Below, one piece after another: positions 30,424 through 38,634 of a DNA stretch of 64,000 nt. How positions within the stretch are numbered: position 1 is the first letter of the stretch; each line of letters starts with the position of its first letter. The translations under genes were made by a program, and so were the position numbers. The notes below the pieces were generated by a model, which saw nothing but the letters and a program-made list of their open reading frames with translations, made no database searches and had not been told where the DNA came from. The DNA comes from Pirellulales bacterium. GTDB lineage: Bacteria; Planctomycetota; Planctomycetia; Pirellulales; PALSA-1355. Location of the stretch: assembly GCA_041741015.1 (NCBI GenBank), contig JBGSKX010000248.1, positions 64,509 to 128,508 of the forward strand, written 5' to 3'.

Positions 30424-31675
30424 CTACGAGTTCGTTCTGAGGAGTAACGTGAGCGACGCGGTCGCCGGCCGGTTCGGATGCATCAGCAGCCGCGGGGGCA
30501 GCGGGATCGGCCGGAGCCGCCGCCTGGATTTCGGTGTGGGCTTCGCGCACGAGGCCCTGATCGCTGGGCAGGATCAGGCCGCCGGGGAGCAGGAATCGCC
30601 AGATCACGGCGCCGGCAAACATGGCGGCGGCCAGCGGCGTGCAGTACTTGAGGCAGGTCGTCATCACCTGGTCGATCCGCAGGCGAGGCAACGTCCAGCG
30701 AACCCACATCATGAAGGTGACGCCGAACACGCACTTGCCGACAAAATTGAGCGCGCCCAGCAGATTGCCGGCGTAATGCAGCACGGGGTTCGACGCGTCG
30801 GCCAGGCCCAGCCAATGCGTGATCGGGAGCGGGCCGTTCCAGCCGCCAAAGAACAACAGCGCGGCGAGTCCGCTAACGGCGAACATCGAGCCGTACTCGG
30901 CCATGAAGAAGATGCTCCAGCGAAGACCGGAGTATTCCGTATGGAAACCGGCCACCAGTTCGCTTTCGGCCTCGGCCAGGTCGAACGGGGCGCGATTCAC
31001 GCTCGCCGTGGCACAGGTGAAGTAGACCCAGAACGTGATGAACGTGAATGGGTCATTGAAGAAGTACCAGTGGGTGAACCAGCCCATCTGCGCGGCGCCC
31101 GCCGTCTGCATCTGGGCAATCGTGATCAGGTCCATCGAACCGGCCAGCAGCACTGGCACGACGACGCACATGCCGAGCGGGACTTCGTAACTCACGACCT
31201 GGGCGGCTTCACGCATGGCGCCGAAGAGCGACCACTTGGATGCTGAAGCGTAGCCGGCCAGGATTACACCGAAGACTTCCAGGCCGATCACCGCGATGAT
31301 GAAGAACACCGCGACGTTCAGGCGGATGCCCACCCAACCATCGGCGAACGGCAACGCCATGTAGGCCGCGAACGAGGCGCAGAAGGACACGTAGGGCGCG
31401 GCCAAAAACAGGAGCTGGTCGGCGCCTTTGGGGCACAAATCTTCTTTGGTGACCAGCTTCAGGCCGTCGGCCAGCGTCTGCAGCCAGCCGAACTTGCCGC
31501 CGACGCGCGTCGGACCGAGGCGGTCTTGGATGCGTCCCGAGACCTTGCGTTCCAGCCAGATGAACACCAATGCCCCGACGGCAACGATGTTGATCAGGAT
31601 GAACGCGTGGATGAACGCCACGATGGCGTAAGCCAACCACTCGGGTGACAAGTACTGTTTCAGGAATTCAGCCAC
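30401..31675 (-). CDS. nuoH: NADH-quinone oxidoreductase subunit H (with C-terminal Ala/Pro-rich tail)
   Basis: GRIQDRLGPTRVGGKFGWLQTLADGLKL signature and EAESELVAGFHTEYSG block. Confidence 0.9.
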   Translation of the reverse strand: MAEFLKQYLSPEWLAYAIVAFIHAFILINIVAVGALVFIWLERKVSGRIQDRLGPTRVGGKFGWLQTLADGLKLVTKEDLCPKGADQLLFLAAPYVSFCASFAAYMALPFADGWVGIRLNVAVFFIIAVIGLEVFGVILAGYASASKWSLFGAMREAAQVVSYEVPLGMCVVVPVLLAGSMDLITIAQMQTAGAAQMGWFTHWYFFNDPFTFITFWVYFTCATASVNRAPFDLAEAESELVAGFHTEYSGLRWSIFFMAEYGSMFAVSGLAALLFFGGWNGPLPITHWLGLADASNPVLHYAGNLLGALNFVGKCVFGVTFMMWVRWTLPRLRIDQVMTTCLKYCTPLAAAMFAGAVIWRFLLPGGLILPSDQGLVREAHTEIQAAAPADPAAPAAADASEPAGDRVAHVTPQNELVGAGRGTH

Positions 31676-31706
31676 GCTTGGTCCTGCTAGACGAGTGCCA
31701 GGCCGC

Positions 31707-31740
31707 GAGCCCAGTAAACCAACGAGCCCAGTAAACCAAC
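31707..31740. repeat. perfect tandem duplication, 2 x 17 nt (GAGCCCAGTAAACCAAC)
   Basis: Read directly from the sequence; lies in the 309-bp nuoD-nuoH spacer. Confidence 0.95.
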
Positions 31741-31984
31741 GGTTTGTTTCTTTGCCGGCAGTCGGGCTGGGTGCCGCAACTGCCTGTTTCGACGCAGGTT
31801 TAAGATCGTGAAATATCGCACAAACTACCCTGCACCGACAAGCCCCTCGAACTTCAAGTTTTTCCTTCCGGCTCGCGAGTGCGGACGCTACAACCGGCCG
31901 TGCATACCGGTCACACAGACCATCGAATTCCCCCCCGGCAAATGCCGGAGGCTACCGGCCAGGCCGCTCCTCATTGGGAGAGCT

Positions 31985-33193
31985 TTACCGGTCGATTTCT
32001 CCCATCACGATGTCCAGCGAACCGACGATGGCCGGCACGTCGGCAATCAAACAGCCGCGGCACAGGTCGTGCGTGACCGAGAGATTGCAGAACGAACTGC
32101 TACGAGCCCGCACGCGCCAGGGAATCGCTCCACTGCCGGTGCTGACGACGTAGAAACCCATCTGACCGCGCGGAGCCTCGGTTTCCATGTAGGCTTCGCC
32201 CTTGGGCAGTTTTTCGGTGAGCTTCACCGGGACGCCCCAGGAACCGGTGGCCATGCTGTAGCGATCCATCGCCTGGCGGCAGAGGTCAATCGACTGCATC
32301 ACCTCGAGCATCCGCACGTAGAACCGGTGCCAACAATCGCCGAGGACCGCGGAACTCGGCACGGCCGGATAGTCGTGATCCTTGGGATAGTGGCCGTCTT
32401 TCTCGACGATCACTTCGAACGCGTAGCCGTCGTACATCTCGGTGTAGCGAGATTCGCCGTCGCGACGCAGATCGTAGTCGATGCCCGAGCCGCGAAGGAC
32501 CGGGCCGGAGCAGCCGTAGGAAATCGCCTTTTCGGGCGAAAGCAGGCCGATATTCGCCGTGCGGCGTACGAAGATCGCATTTGTGGTCAGCAGCGCGTGA
32601 TACTCGGTGATCACTGGCAAGAGTTGGTCGAGGAAGGCTTCGAGCTTGTGCAGCCAGCCGGGCGGCAGATCGGCCGTGGCGCCGCCGACCGTGATGTAAC
32701 TGTAGGTAAGCCGCGCGCCGCAGACTTCTTCGAACAGGTCGAGAATCTTTTCGCGCTCGCGGAAGGCATACAAGAACGGACTGAACGTACCGAGGTCGAG
32801 GCCGTACGCGCCCATGCCGACCAGGTGGCTGGCGATGCGGTTGAGCTCGGCGATGAGCACGCGCAGGTGGCGGGCCTTTTCGGGCAGTTCGAGGCCCATC
32901 AGCTTCTCGACGGTGAGCGCCCAGCCGAGATTCATGTTCATGCCGGCCAGGTAATCCATCCGGTCGGTGTAGGGAATCCACTGCCGCGGCGTGAGGTTCT
33001 CGCCGATCTTTTCCGCACAGCGATGCAGGTAGCCGATGTGGGGCGTGACTTCGGAGACGACTTCGCCATCGGTCCGCAGCACCAGGCGCAACACGCCGTG
33101 CGTGCTGGGATGCTGCGGTCCCATGTTCACCAACATTTCGTCGGTGCGAACGTCGAACTCGATAATCCGCGGGTCGTCCAGATGAGTGGCCAT
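31985..33193 (-). CDS. nuoD: NADH-quinone oxidoreductase subunit D
   Basis: NMGPQHPSTHGVLRL signature and C-terminal IVGSLDIVMGEIDR. Confidence 0.95.
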   Translation of the reverse strand: MATHLDDPRIIEFDVRTDEMLVNMGPQHPSTHGVLRLVLRTDGEVVSEVTPHIGYLHRCAEKIGENLTPRQWIPYTDRMDYLAGMNMNLGWALTVEKLMGLELPEKARHLRVLIAELNRIASHLVGMGAYGLDLGTFSPFLYAFREREKILDLFEEVCGARLTYSYITVGGATADLPPGWLHKLEAFLDQLLPVITEYHALLTTNAIFVRRTANIGLLSPEKAISYGCSGPVLRGSGIDYDLRRDGESRYTEMYDGYAFEVIVEKDGHYPKDHDYPAVPSSAVLGDCWHRFYVRMLEVMQSIDLCRQAMDRYSMATGSWGVPVKLTEKLPKGEAYMETEAPRGQMGFYVVSTGSGAIPWRVRARSSSFCNLSVTHDLCRGCLIADVPAIVGSLDIVMGEIDR

Positions 33194-33244
33194 GGCGTCG
33201 AGGCTAGTGGTTAGTGATCGGTGACAAGAAGGAAGACAACAGCC

Positions 33245-33775
33245 CTACCGGCCGCGGATGCCGTGGTACTCGAGCGGGAACTCGTAATCCTTGCGGAGCG
33301 GATGGCCGACCCAGTCCTCGGGGCACAGGATCCGCCGCAGGTCAGGATGGTTTGTGAAGCGCACGCCAGTCAAGTCGAACACTTCGCGCTCGTGCCAGTC
33401 GGCCGTGCGCCAGACATTGGCCACCGAGGGGATTTCCGGAATGCTGCCGACCTCGTCGTTCTGCCAGCGGGGGACCATGACCTTCAGCACCAGCGAGGTT
33501 TTGTGCGTCAGGCTCGAGAGGTGATAGACGACCTCGATGTGCGGCTGCCAGTCGTTCTTGGCGGCCTTCTTGGGGTCGGTTTCCAACCAATCGACGCCCG
33601 TGATGCAGTTGCAGTAGTTGAAGGCGAGATCCGGCTCGTCGCGGAGATATTCGCACAGCGGGACGAGCCCGGCGGGCGCGACTTCAATCCAGGGGTCGAT
33701 AGCCGTGAAGTTTGCCCCGACGATGCCGTCGCCAAACTTCTGCTTCAACCGGTCGACAAACGTTTGTCCGCTCAT
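33245..33775 (-). CDS. nuoC: NADH-quinone oxidoreductase subunit C
   Basis: WHEREVFDLTGVRFTNHPDLRRIL signature. Confidence 0.9.
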   Translation of the reverse strand: MSGQTFVDRLKQKFGDGIVGANFTAIDPWIEVAPAGLVPLCEYLRDEPDLAFNYCNCITGVDWLETDPKKAAKNDWQPHIEVVYHLSSLTHKTSLVLKVMVPRWQNDEVGSIPEIPSVANVWRTADWHEREVFDLTGVRFTNHPDLRRILCPEDWVGHPLRKDYEFPLEYHGIRGR

Positions 33776-33840
33776 GGAGTATGCTTCAAAATCGAGAGGG
33801 GTATGAATCGTGACGCCGGGCTTACGCTCACTGCCGCAGA

Positions 33841-34488
33841 TCAGGCCGAGACGACGGGCTGCTCTTCGCTGACCAGGGCCGGCCCGCGGGGGCGCGTATC
33901 CGCCGCGCGTTGTTTACTGAGTGCGCGCACCCAGTCGAGATCGCCGCGACGCCAGACGTAAGCAAAGCCGATCAGGAGCACGGCAAAAAACACGGCGATG
34001 TCGATGATTGAAAACAGGGCGATTCTCCGGGCGAGATCTTCGATCGCGAGCGCGCCCTGCTGCTGCACGTCGAGCCCGGCGGCCGAGGCGGCCAGCTCTT
34101 CACGCAGCGGCGGAACCGTCGGACTGGGAACGCCCAACTCGGTGAAGATCGCGCTGGCGCCGGGCGTGAGCTCGCCGGCGGCGGTGACCTTCTGGAACTC
34201 GGGATCCATCAGGTGCGTGGCTTTGCCGTAGACCGTGGCCCAGGGAAAGAACAGCGCGACTTCGACGTCGAAAATGATGAACAACAGTGCGACCACGTAG
34301 AACCGCAAGTCGAACTGCACGAAGCTGGAACCGATCGTGGGTTCGCCGCATTCGTAGACTTCGAGCTTTTCGAAGTTGGGATCCTTCGGACGCAGGAAGC
34401 GGCCGACGACCAAGGTGACAAACAGGAACAGAAAGCCCAACGTCGCAAACAGCGCGATGTACGCCGCGACGGTTGTCGGCGATGCCAT
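33841..34488 (-). CDS. nuoA: NADH-quinone oxidoreductase subunit A (with a large inserted loop)
   Basis: YECGEP and FIIFDVEVALFFPWA blocks, then about 65 extra residues before the last TM helix (FAYVWRRGDLDW). ATG 34488 chosen over the 34617 ORF start. Confidence 0.85.
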   Translation of the reverse strand: MASPTTVAAYIALFATLGFLFLFVTLVVGRFLRPKDPNFEKLEVYECGEPTIGSSFVQFDLRFYVVALLFIIFDVEVALFFPWATVYGKATHLMDPEFQKVTAAGELTPGASAIFTELGVPSPTVPPLREELAASAAGLDVQQQGALAIEDLARRIALFSIIDIAVFFAVLLIGFAYVWRRGDLDWVRALSKQRAADTRPRGPALVSEEQPVVSA

Positions 34489-34771
34489 GGTGCGTCTTTT
34501 CTCGATCTGTGCCGATCCGCGGCACGCTCGAACCTGTCGAACATGCAGAGGCCGGCGGCCTGTTTCGGCGCTCGCGCTCCTGGCGATCTCCGCTGGAGAA
34601 ATCACCCTCGCAAACACGCCACACGTGGGAAACGCGGCGAGGAAAGGGGACCTGCGGAACTTTCAGCAAGCTCCGGCGGCGGCACCATTTCCGTCCCGCT
34701 AGAAAGGGCCATTCTAAAAGAGCAGAGGGCCCGCTGGCAAGCCGCGTCAGCGCTAAACAGCATGGAGATAA

Positions 34772-35278
34772 TTAGAGCGATTCGTCGTGCGGCCCACTGC
34801 CGTTGTGAAGCTCGCCGCCGTCGTGACCATCGCTACCGTCGGCCAGGCTGCCCGCCACGAGCGACTGACGACCGGCAAAACCGGCGTTCAGCTCGTGCCA
34901 GTGGGTAACCTCGGTTTCGCCGAGTCTCCAGCAGAGCAGGACAATCCGACCGTCCATCAGGCTGGGGAAGTCGACGAGCCCTTCGGTGCCGCTCTTGGGC
35001 TCAACGCCCAGCTCGCGAAGTTCTTCGACATAGGCTTCGAGCTGTTCGCTGTCCTTGTCGAGCTCTTCTTCGATCTGGCGCAACTCTTCCGAATAAGGAT
35101 CCTTAGCCGTCGATTTGCGTCCACCCGAAAGCAGGGCCAACCGCTCGCGACGCTCCATTACCTCGCGCGAGAGCTGGACCAGATCGTGCGTGATGGCGCG
35201 AACCAATGGCAACACGGCGTTTGCCTGTTCGACGGTGAACAACTTCGCGGGCTGGTACTCGTCGGCCATGGACATCAC
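34772..35278 (-). CDS. DUF2203-family protein
   Basis: KLFTVEQANAVLPLVRAITHDL N-terminus and LVDFPSLMDGRIVLLCWRLGE block resemble DUF2203 from memory. Sits between nuoI and nuoA on the same strand. Confidence 0.6.
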   Translation of the reverse strand: MMSMADEYQPAKLFTVEQANAVLPLVRAITHDLVQLSREVMERRERLALLSGGRKSTAKDPYSEELRQIEEELDKDSEQLEAYVEELRELGVEPKSGTEGLVDFPSLMDGRIVLLCWRLGETEVTHWHELNAGFAGRQSLVAGSLADGSDGHDGGELHNGSGPHDESL

Positions 35279-35352
35279 TCGCTTGTTCGGGGTCAGACGC
35301 TTTTGCCAGGAAGCTGAACGGTGCCGAAGCGGTTGGAGAGGGCTTCAGACGA

Positions 35353-35880
35353 CTACTGGTTCGGTCCGCCATGAACGGGTTCAACAATCGTTTTCGACGC
35401 GGCCACCGCCGTGGGATTGAGCGTGGCCCGGCCCCAGGCCACATCCACCGGCAGGCGGGCAAAATCCACCAGACATCCGTCGCGGCTATAGCAGCTCAGG
35501 TCATGCGTCGCACCCATAAAGATGCAATCCACCGGGCAAGGTTCGACGCAGAGCGCACAAAACATGCACTTCGAGTAGTCGATCGTAAAGCCGGTGACTT
35601 TAAAGCCTTTGCCCGTGGTAACGCGTTCCTTGCCAATGTAAATGCAATCGACCGGGCAGGCCTTCGCACATTGGTCGCAAGCGATACAGGTTGTCAGATC
35701 GTAGCGATGGAAACCGCGATAGCGGGCCGACACCGGCACCGGCAATTCGGGATATTCGAAGTGCTCGGTGAAGGTTTTGCGGTCGCGTTTGTAGGTAATG
35801 AGCCAGTAACGCAGCGTAATCCACATGCCGTAGGCGACAGTGAACACGGCGTCCCAAATATCACGGAACCAGCGGCCCAT
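35353..35880 (-). CDS. nuoI: NADH-quinone oxidoreductase subunit I (2x[4Fe-4S] ferredoxin)
   Basis: PVSARYRGFH, then CIACDQCAKACP and CMFCALCVEPCP. ATG 35880 (MGRWFRDIW...) chosen over the 35979 ORF start. Confidence 0.8.
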   Translation of the reverse strand: MGRWFRDIWDAVFTVAYGMWITLRYWLITYKRDRKTFTEHFEYPELPVPVSARYRGFHRYDLTTCIACDQCAKACPVDCIYIGKERVTTGKGFKVTGFTIDYSKCMFCALCVEPCPVDCIFMGATHDLSCYSRDGCLVDFARLPVDVAWGRATLNPTAVAASKTIVEPVHGGPNQ

Positions 35881-36669
35881 CGAAGCTCCCACCGGAGGCT
35901 GAAACAAATTTGGTTCTGACGAGGCTTGCGGTGCCAGCCGATTCAAGTTCGGCACGTCCCCAGCGGCCGCACTCAACAAGCCTACATCTCGTTTATTATA
36001 GGCAGGGGCAGTTGACCCGCAAGCGCGGTTGAACGTGTGTCGCGCGACACGCGCAGTGTGTAGCGCGACCTAGGAGCTGCCGTTGGCGCTGTCGCTACCG
36101 AGTCGGATGGATGGTCGAATTCCTCGCAGATTATATTCGTCGCTTGCGATTGCGAGAGGTTTCCCTGGAGTAATCAGGCTGGCGGATTTGCCAACGCCGC
36201 TTCCGCTTGGTACTGCGGACACCTTTGAACGACGAGAATGAACCCGCGAGGCGTCACCGATGGAGATGTCGACGGGACGCTTGCGGCGGCAAGCCACTCC
36301 CTCCGCAGGGACAGATTCAGGGCTCGTAGGTTCTGGGCTCGCAGGGTCGCGGTAAATGTCCAGCATCGTAAGCGAGATTGAGCAGGAGGCGAGCCGCCAG
36401 CCGCCACGCAATGGCGAAATAGGCAATCTAGGTGACATACCTGCAGCCCCGGTCGGCGATCCCCGCAAAAGCGGGCCGTTTTGACACCACCCAAGCTTGA
36501 CTCTGACCAGTGCCTACGTAGAGTGAATGTTAGTAAGAGCCTGTGCGCGCGTTTGCACCGTGAAGTCTCCCCCCAAGGCATGCGGTGAGCTACCGCCCGA
36601 TGCACGGAGCGACTTCGAGGGGTGCAGACGAACAAGGAAGCCCCGCGACATCATCGAAGGAATGGCCCC

Positions 36670-36909
36670 ATGTTAGTTCTATCTCGCAAGAAGAACGAGA
36701 GCATTGTCATTAACAATGACATCAAGATTGTCGTCGTGGAGATCCGCGGCGACAAAGTGCGCCTGGGCGTAGAAGCACCGAAAGAGGTGCCCGTCCACCG
36801 GCGCGAGGTGTTCGACGCGATTCATCGTGCGGAAATCGAGTTATCCGCCGATCAGCATGGCAGCGGCGAAGAGTCCGATGTCGAACGCGACGAGAAGGCC
36901 GGCAGCTAA
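36670..36909 (+). CDS. csrA: carbon storage regulator CsrA (with acidic C-terminal tail)
   Basis: MLVLSRKKNESIVINNDIKIVVVEIRGDKVRLGVEAPKEVPVHRREV is canonical CsrA. GAAGGAA SD lies upstream of ATG 36670. Confidence 0.9.
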   Translation: MLVLSRKKNESIVINNDIKIVVVEIRGDKVRLGVEAPKEVPVHRREVFDAIHRAEIELSADQHGSGEESDVERDEKAGS

Positions 36910-37102
36910 GCACGCCGCCGCAGGGCAGCGCGTGCGCGAGGCTGCGCCGCGCTTTCACGACACGTCTTTCGCTGAAACTCACATCTCTTCTGCTCGTGCC
37001 GTTCGGCTCGCAAACGGCTGGCCAGACAGCACTTGACGTAGCGGCCTAAATGGCCATCATACACGGGATGCTCCGGCGGCCGAATCTGCCGAGCTGACTT
37101 GC

Positions 37103-37177
37103 GGCCCCGTCGTCTAGCCTGGTCTAGGACACCGGCCTTTCACGCCGATAACACGGGTTCAAATCCCGTCGGGGTCA
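37103..37177 (+). tRNA. tRNA-Glu (anticodon UUC)
   Basis: Manual cloverleaf: acceptor GGCCCCG/CGGGGTC, D arm GTCT..AGGAC, anticodon loop CTTTCAC, T arm ACGGG-TTCAAAT-CCCGT, discriminator A. Close to E. coli tRNA-Glu. CCA is not encoded. Confidence 0.9.
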
Positions 37178-37269
37178 CTTTATCACTTCTTCAGCGGCCG
37201 GGATGAACTGCGACCGGCAGTGAACCAGCCGCCTGACTTCTCTGGCATCTGCTGGCCGAGGGCCGTCCG

Positions 37270-38328
37270 TTGAATCAGCCCAGTGACGTTCCCCCGGCTG
37301 ACGACTCCCGCGAATCGTACGACGCGCTGCTGGTCGTGTCGTTCGGCGGTCCCGAGTCGCAGGACGATGTGATCCCGTTTCTCGAAAACGTGCTTCGCGG
37401 CAAGAACGTTCCGCGCGAGCGGATGCTCGAGGTGGCCGAACACTACCGGCACTTTGGCGGCAAGAGTCCGCTCAACGATCAGAATCGCGAACTGATTGCC
37501 GCGCTCGAAGCCGAGTTCAAGCAGCACGGCATCACGCTGCCGATTTACTTCGGTAACCGCAACTGGCATCCGCTGCTCGCCGACGCGCTGGAGCAGATGC
37601 AGCGCGACGGTGTGCGCCGCGCGCTGGCTTACTTCACCAGCGCGTACAGTTCTTACTCAGGCTGCCGGCAGTATCGCGAAAACATCGCGGCGGCCCAGGA
37701 ACAGGTTGGCGCCAGCTCGCCGCGGGTCGAAAAGCTGCGGATGTTCTATAACCATCCGCTGTTTGTCGAAGCGCAGGCCGAGCGCGTGAGTGCGGCGATC
37801 TCGCAAATTCCGGTCGAAAGGCGTGGGGCTGTGCAGGTGATCTATACGGCGCACAGCATTCCCAACGCGATGGCCGACAATTGCAACTACGCCCAACAGG
37901 TAGCGGAGACGGCACGGCTGGTTTCAAATGCGCTATCCATTCGCAACTGGCGCGTCGCCTATCAGAGCCGCAGCGGGCCGCCGCAGCAACCGTGGCTGGA
38001 GCCAGACGTGCTCGACGTACTGCGCGAGCTAAAGGCGGCCGGCGATGTGCAGGATGTGGTGATCGTGCCGAGCGGATTCTTGAGTGATCACATGGAAGTG
38101 CTGTTCGACCTGGACACCGAGGCGAAGGATCTGGCCGCCGAGTTAGGCCTGAACGTGGTGCGGGCCGGCACGGTTGGTAGCCATCCGAAGTTTGTGACGA
38201 TGATTCGCGAGCTGGTCAAAGAACGAATCGCGGGAACTCCGCGTCTGGCGATCGGCGAGTTTGGCCCGAGCCACGACGTGTGTCCGGTGGATTGCTGCTT
38301 GTACACCCCGGGAAGGCCGAAAAGTTGA
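37270..38328 (+). CDS. hemH: ferrochelatase
   Basis: LLVVSFGGPESQDDVIPFLENV, YTAHSIP and GFLSDHMEVLFDLD blocks. TTG start at 37270 is uncertain. Confidence 0.9.
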   Translation: MNQPSDVPPADDSRESYDALLVVSFGGPESQDDVIPFLENVLRGKNVPRERMLEVAEHYRHFGGKSPLNDQNRELIAALEAEFKQHGITLPIYFGNRNWHPLLADALEQMQRDGVRRALAYFTSAYSSYSGCRQYRENIAAAQEQVGASSPRVEKLRMFYNHPLFVEAQAERVSAAISQIPVERRGAVQVIYTAHSIPNAMADNCNYAQQVAETARLVSNALSIRNWRVAYQSRSGPPQQPWLEPDVLDVLRELKAAGDVQDVVIVPSGFLSDHMEVLFDLDTEAKDLAAELGLNVVRAGTVGSHPKFVTMIRELVKERIAGTPRLAIGEFGPSHDVCPVDCCLYTPGRPKS

Positions 38329-38373
38329 ACGTTTTGCTCCGGCGCTAGTACAATCGGGGGTAGGAGCCCTCTT

Positions 38374-38628
38374 ATGAATGTTTTCATCTCACAGCAGAAC
38401 CAAGATTTTCTCGAACAGGCGGTAGCTGCTGGGCTGTTTCCCGATCAATCCCGCGCACTGGACGAAGCAGTGAGCTTGTTACGTGAGCGCGAGTCGATTC
38501 GGCTCGCAGTTCAACAAGGCATCGATCAATTGGAACGCGGGGAATTTGTCGAGTATGGCGAGGACGAGGAGGAGAAGTTCGTGGCTGATATCGAAGCCCT
38601 GGCCCGCCAGTCGCCCAAAAACAACTAG
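38374..38628 (+). CDS. parD: type II antitoxin, ParD/RHH family
   Basis: 84 aa. N-terminal RHH-like segment with LDEAVSLLRERE..QQGIDQLERGEF, typical of ParD-type antitoxins. Lies 7 nt upstream of the toxin gene. Confidence 0.75.
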   Translation: MNVFISQQNQDFLEQAVAAGLFPDQSRALDEAVSLLRERESIRLAVQQGIDQLERGEFVEYGEDEEEKFVADIEALARQSPKNN

Positions 38629-38634
38629 CGACGC

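Noticed and set aside
23766-33214. Plus-strand ORFs across the nuo operon (23766..25121, 25161..26111, 26202..27020, 27477..28184, 28287..29030, 30323..31246, 31808..33214)
   Set aside because: All are antisense to unmistakable nuo genes and are highly charged and low-complexity. The many internal same-strand alternative-frame ORFs were rejected for the same reason.
33841-34488. NuoB hidden as a fusion in the long NuoA ORF
   Set aside because: The extra residues contain no cysteines at all, so the NuoB CCxxE/C/CP cluster-N2 ligands are absent.
36000-36480. Possible CsrB/RsmY-like antagonist sRNA upstream of csrA (weak stem CCCGC-AAAA-GCGGG plus TTTT at about 36461..36481)
   Set aside because: I counted about 10 GGA triplets in about 420 nt, roughly what this base composition gives by chance. 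They are not arranged in repeated hairpin loops.
36070-36635. ORFs 36070..36468 and 36174..36635 (minus strand) in the csrA/nuoI spacer
   Set aside because: Low-complexity S/P/R/G-rich translations, no start context and mutually overlapping frames. Treated as non-coding.
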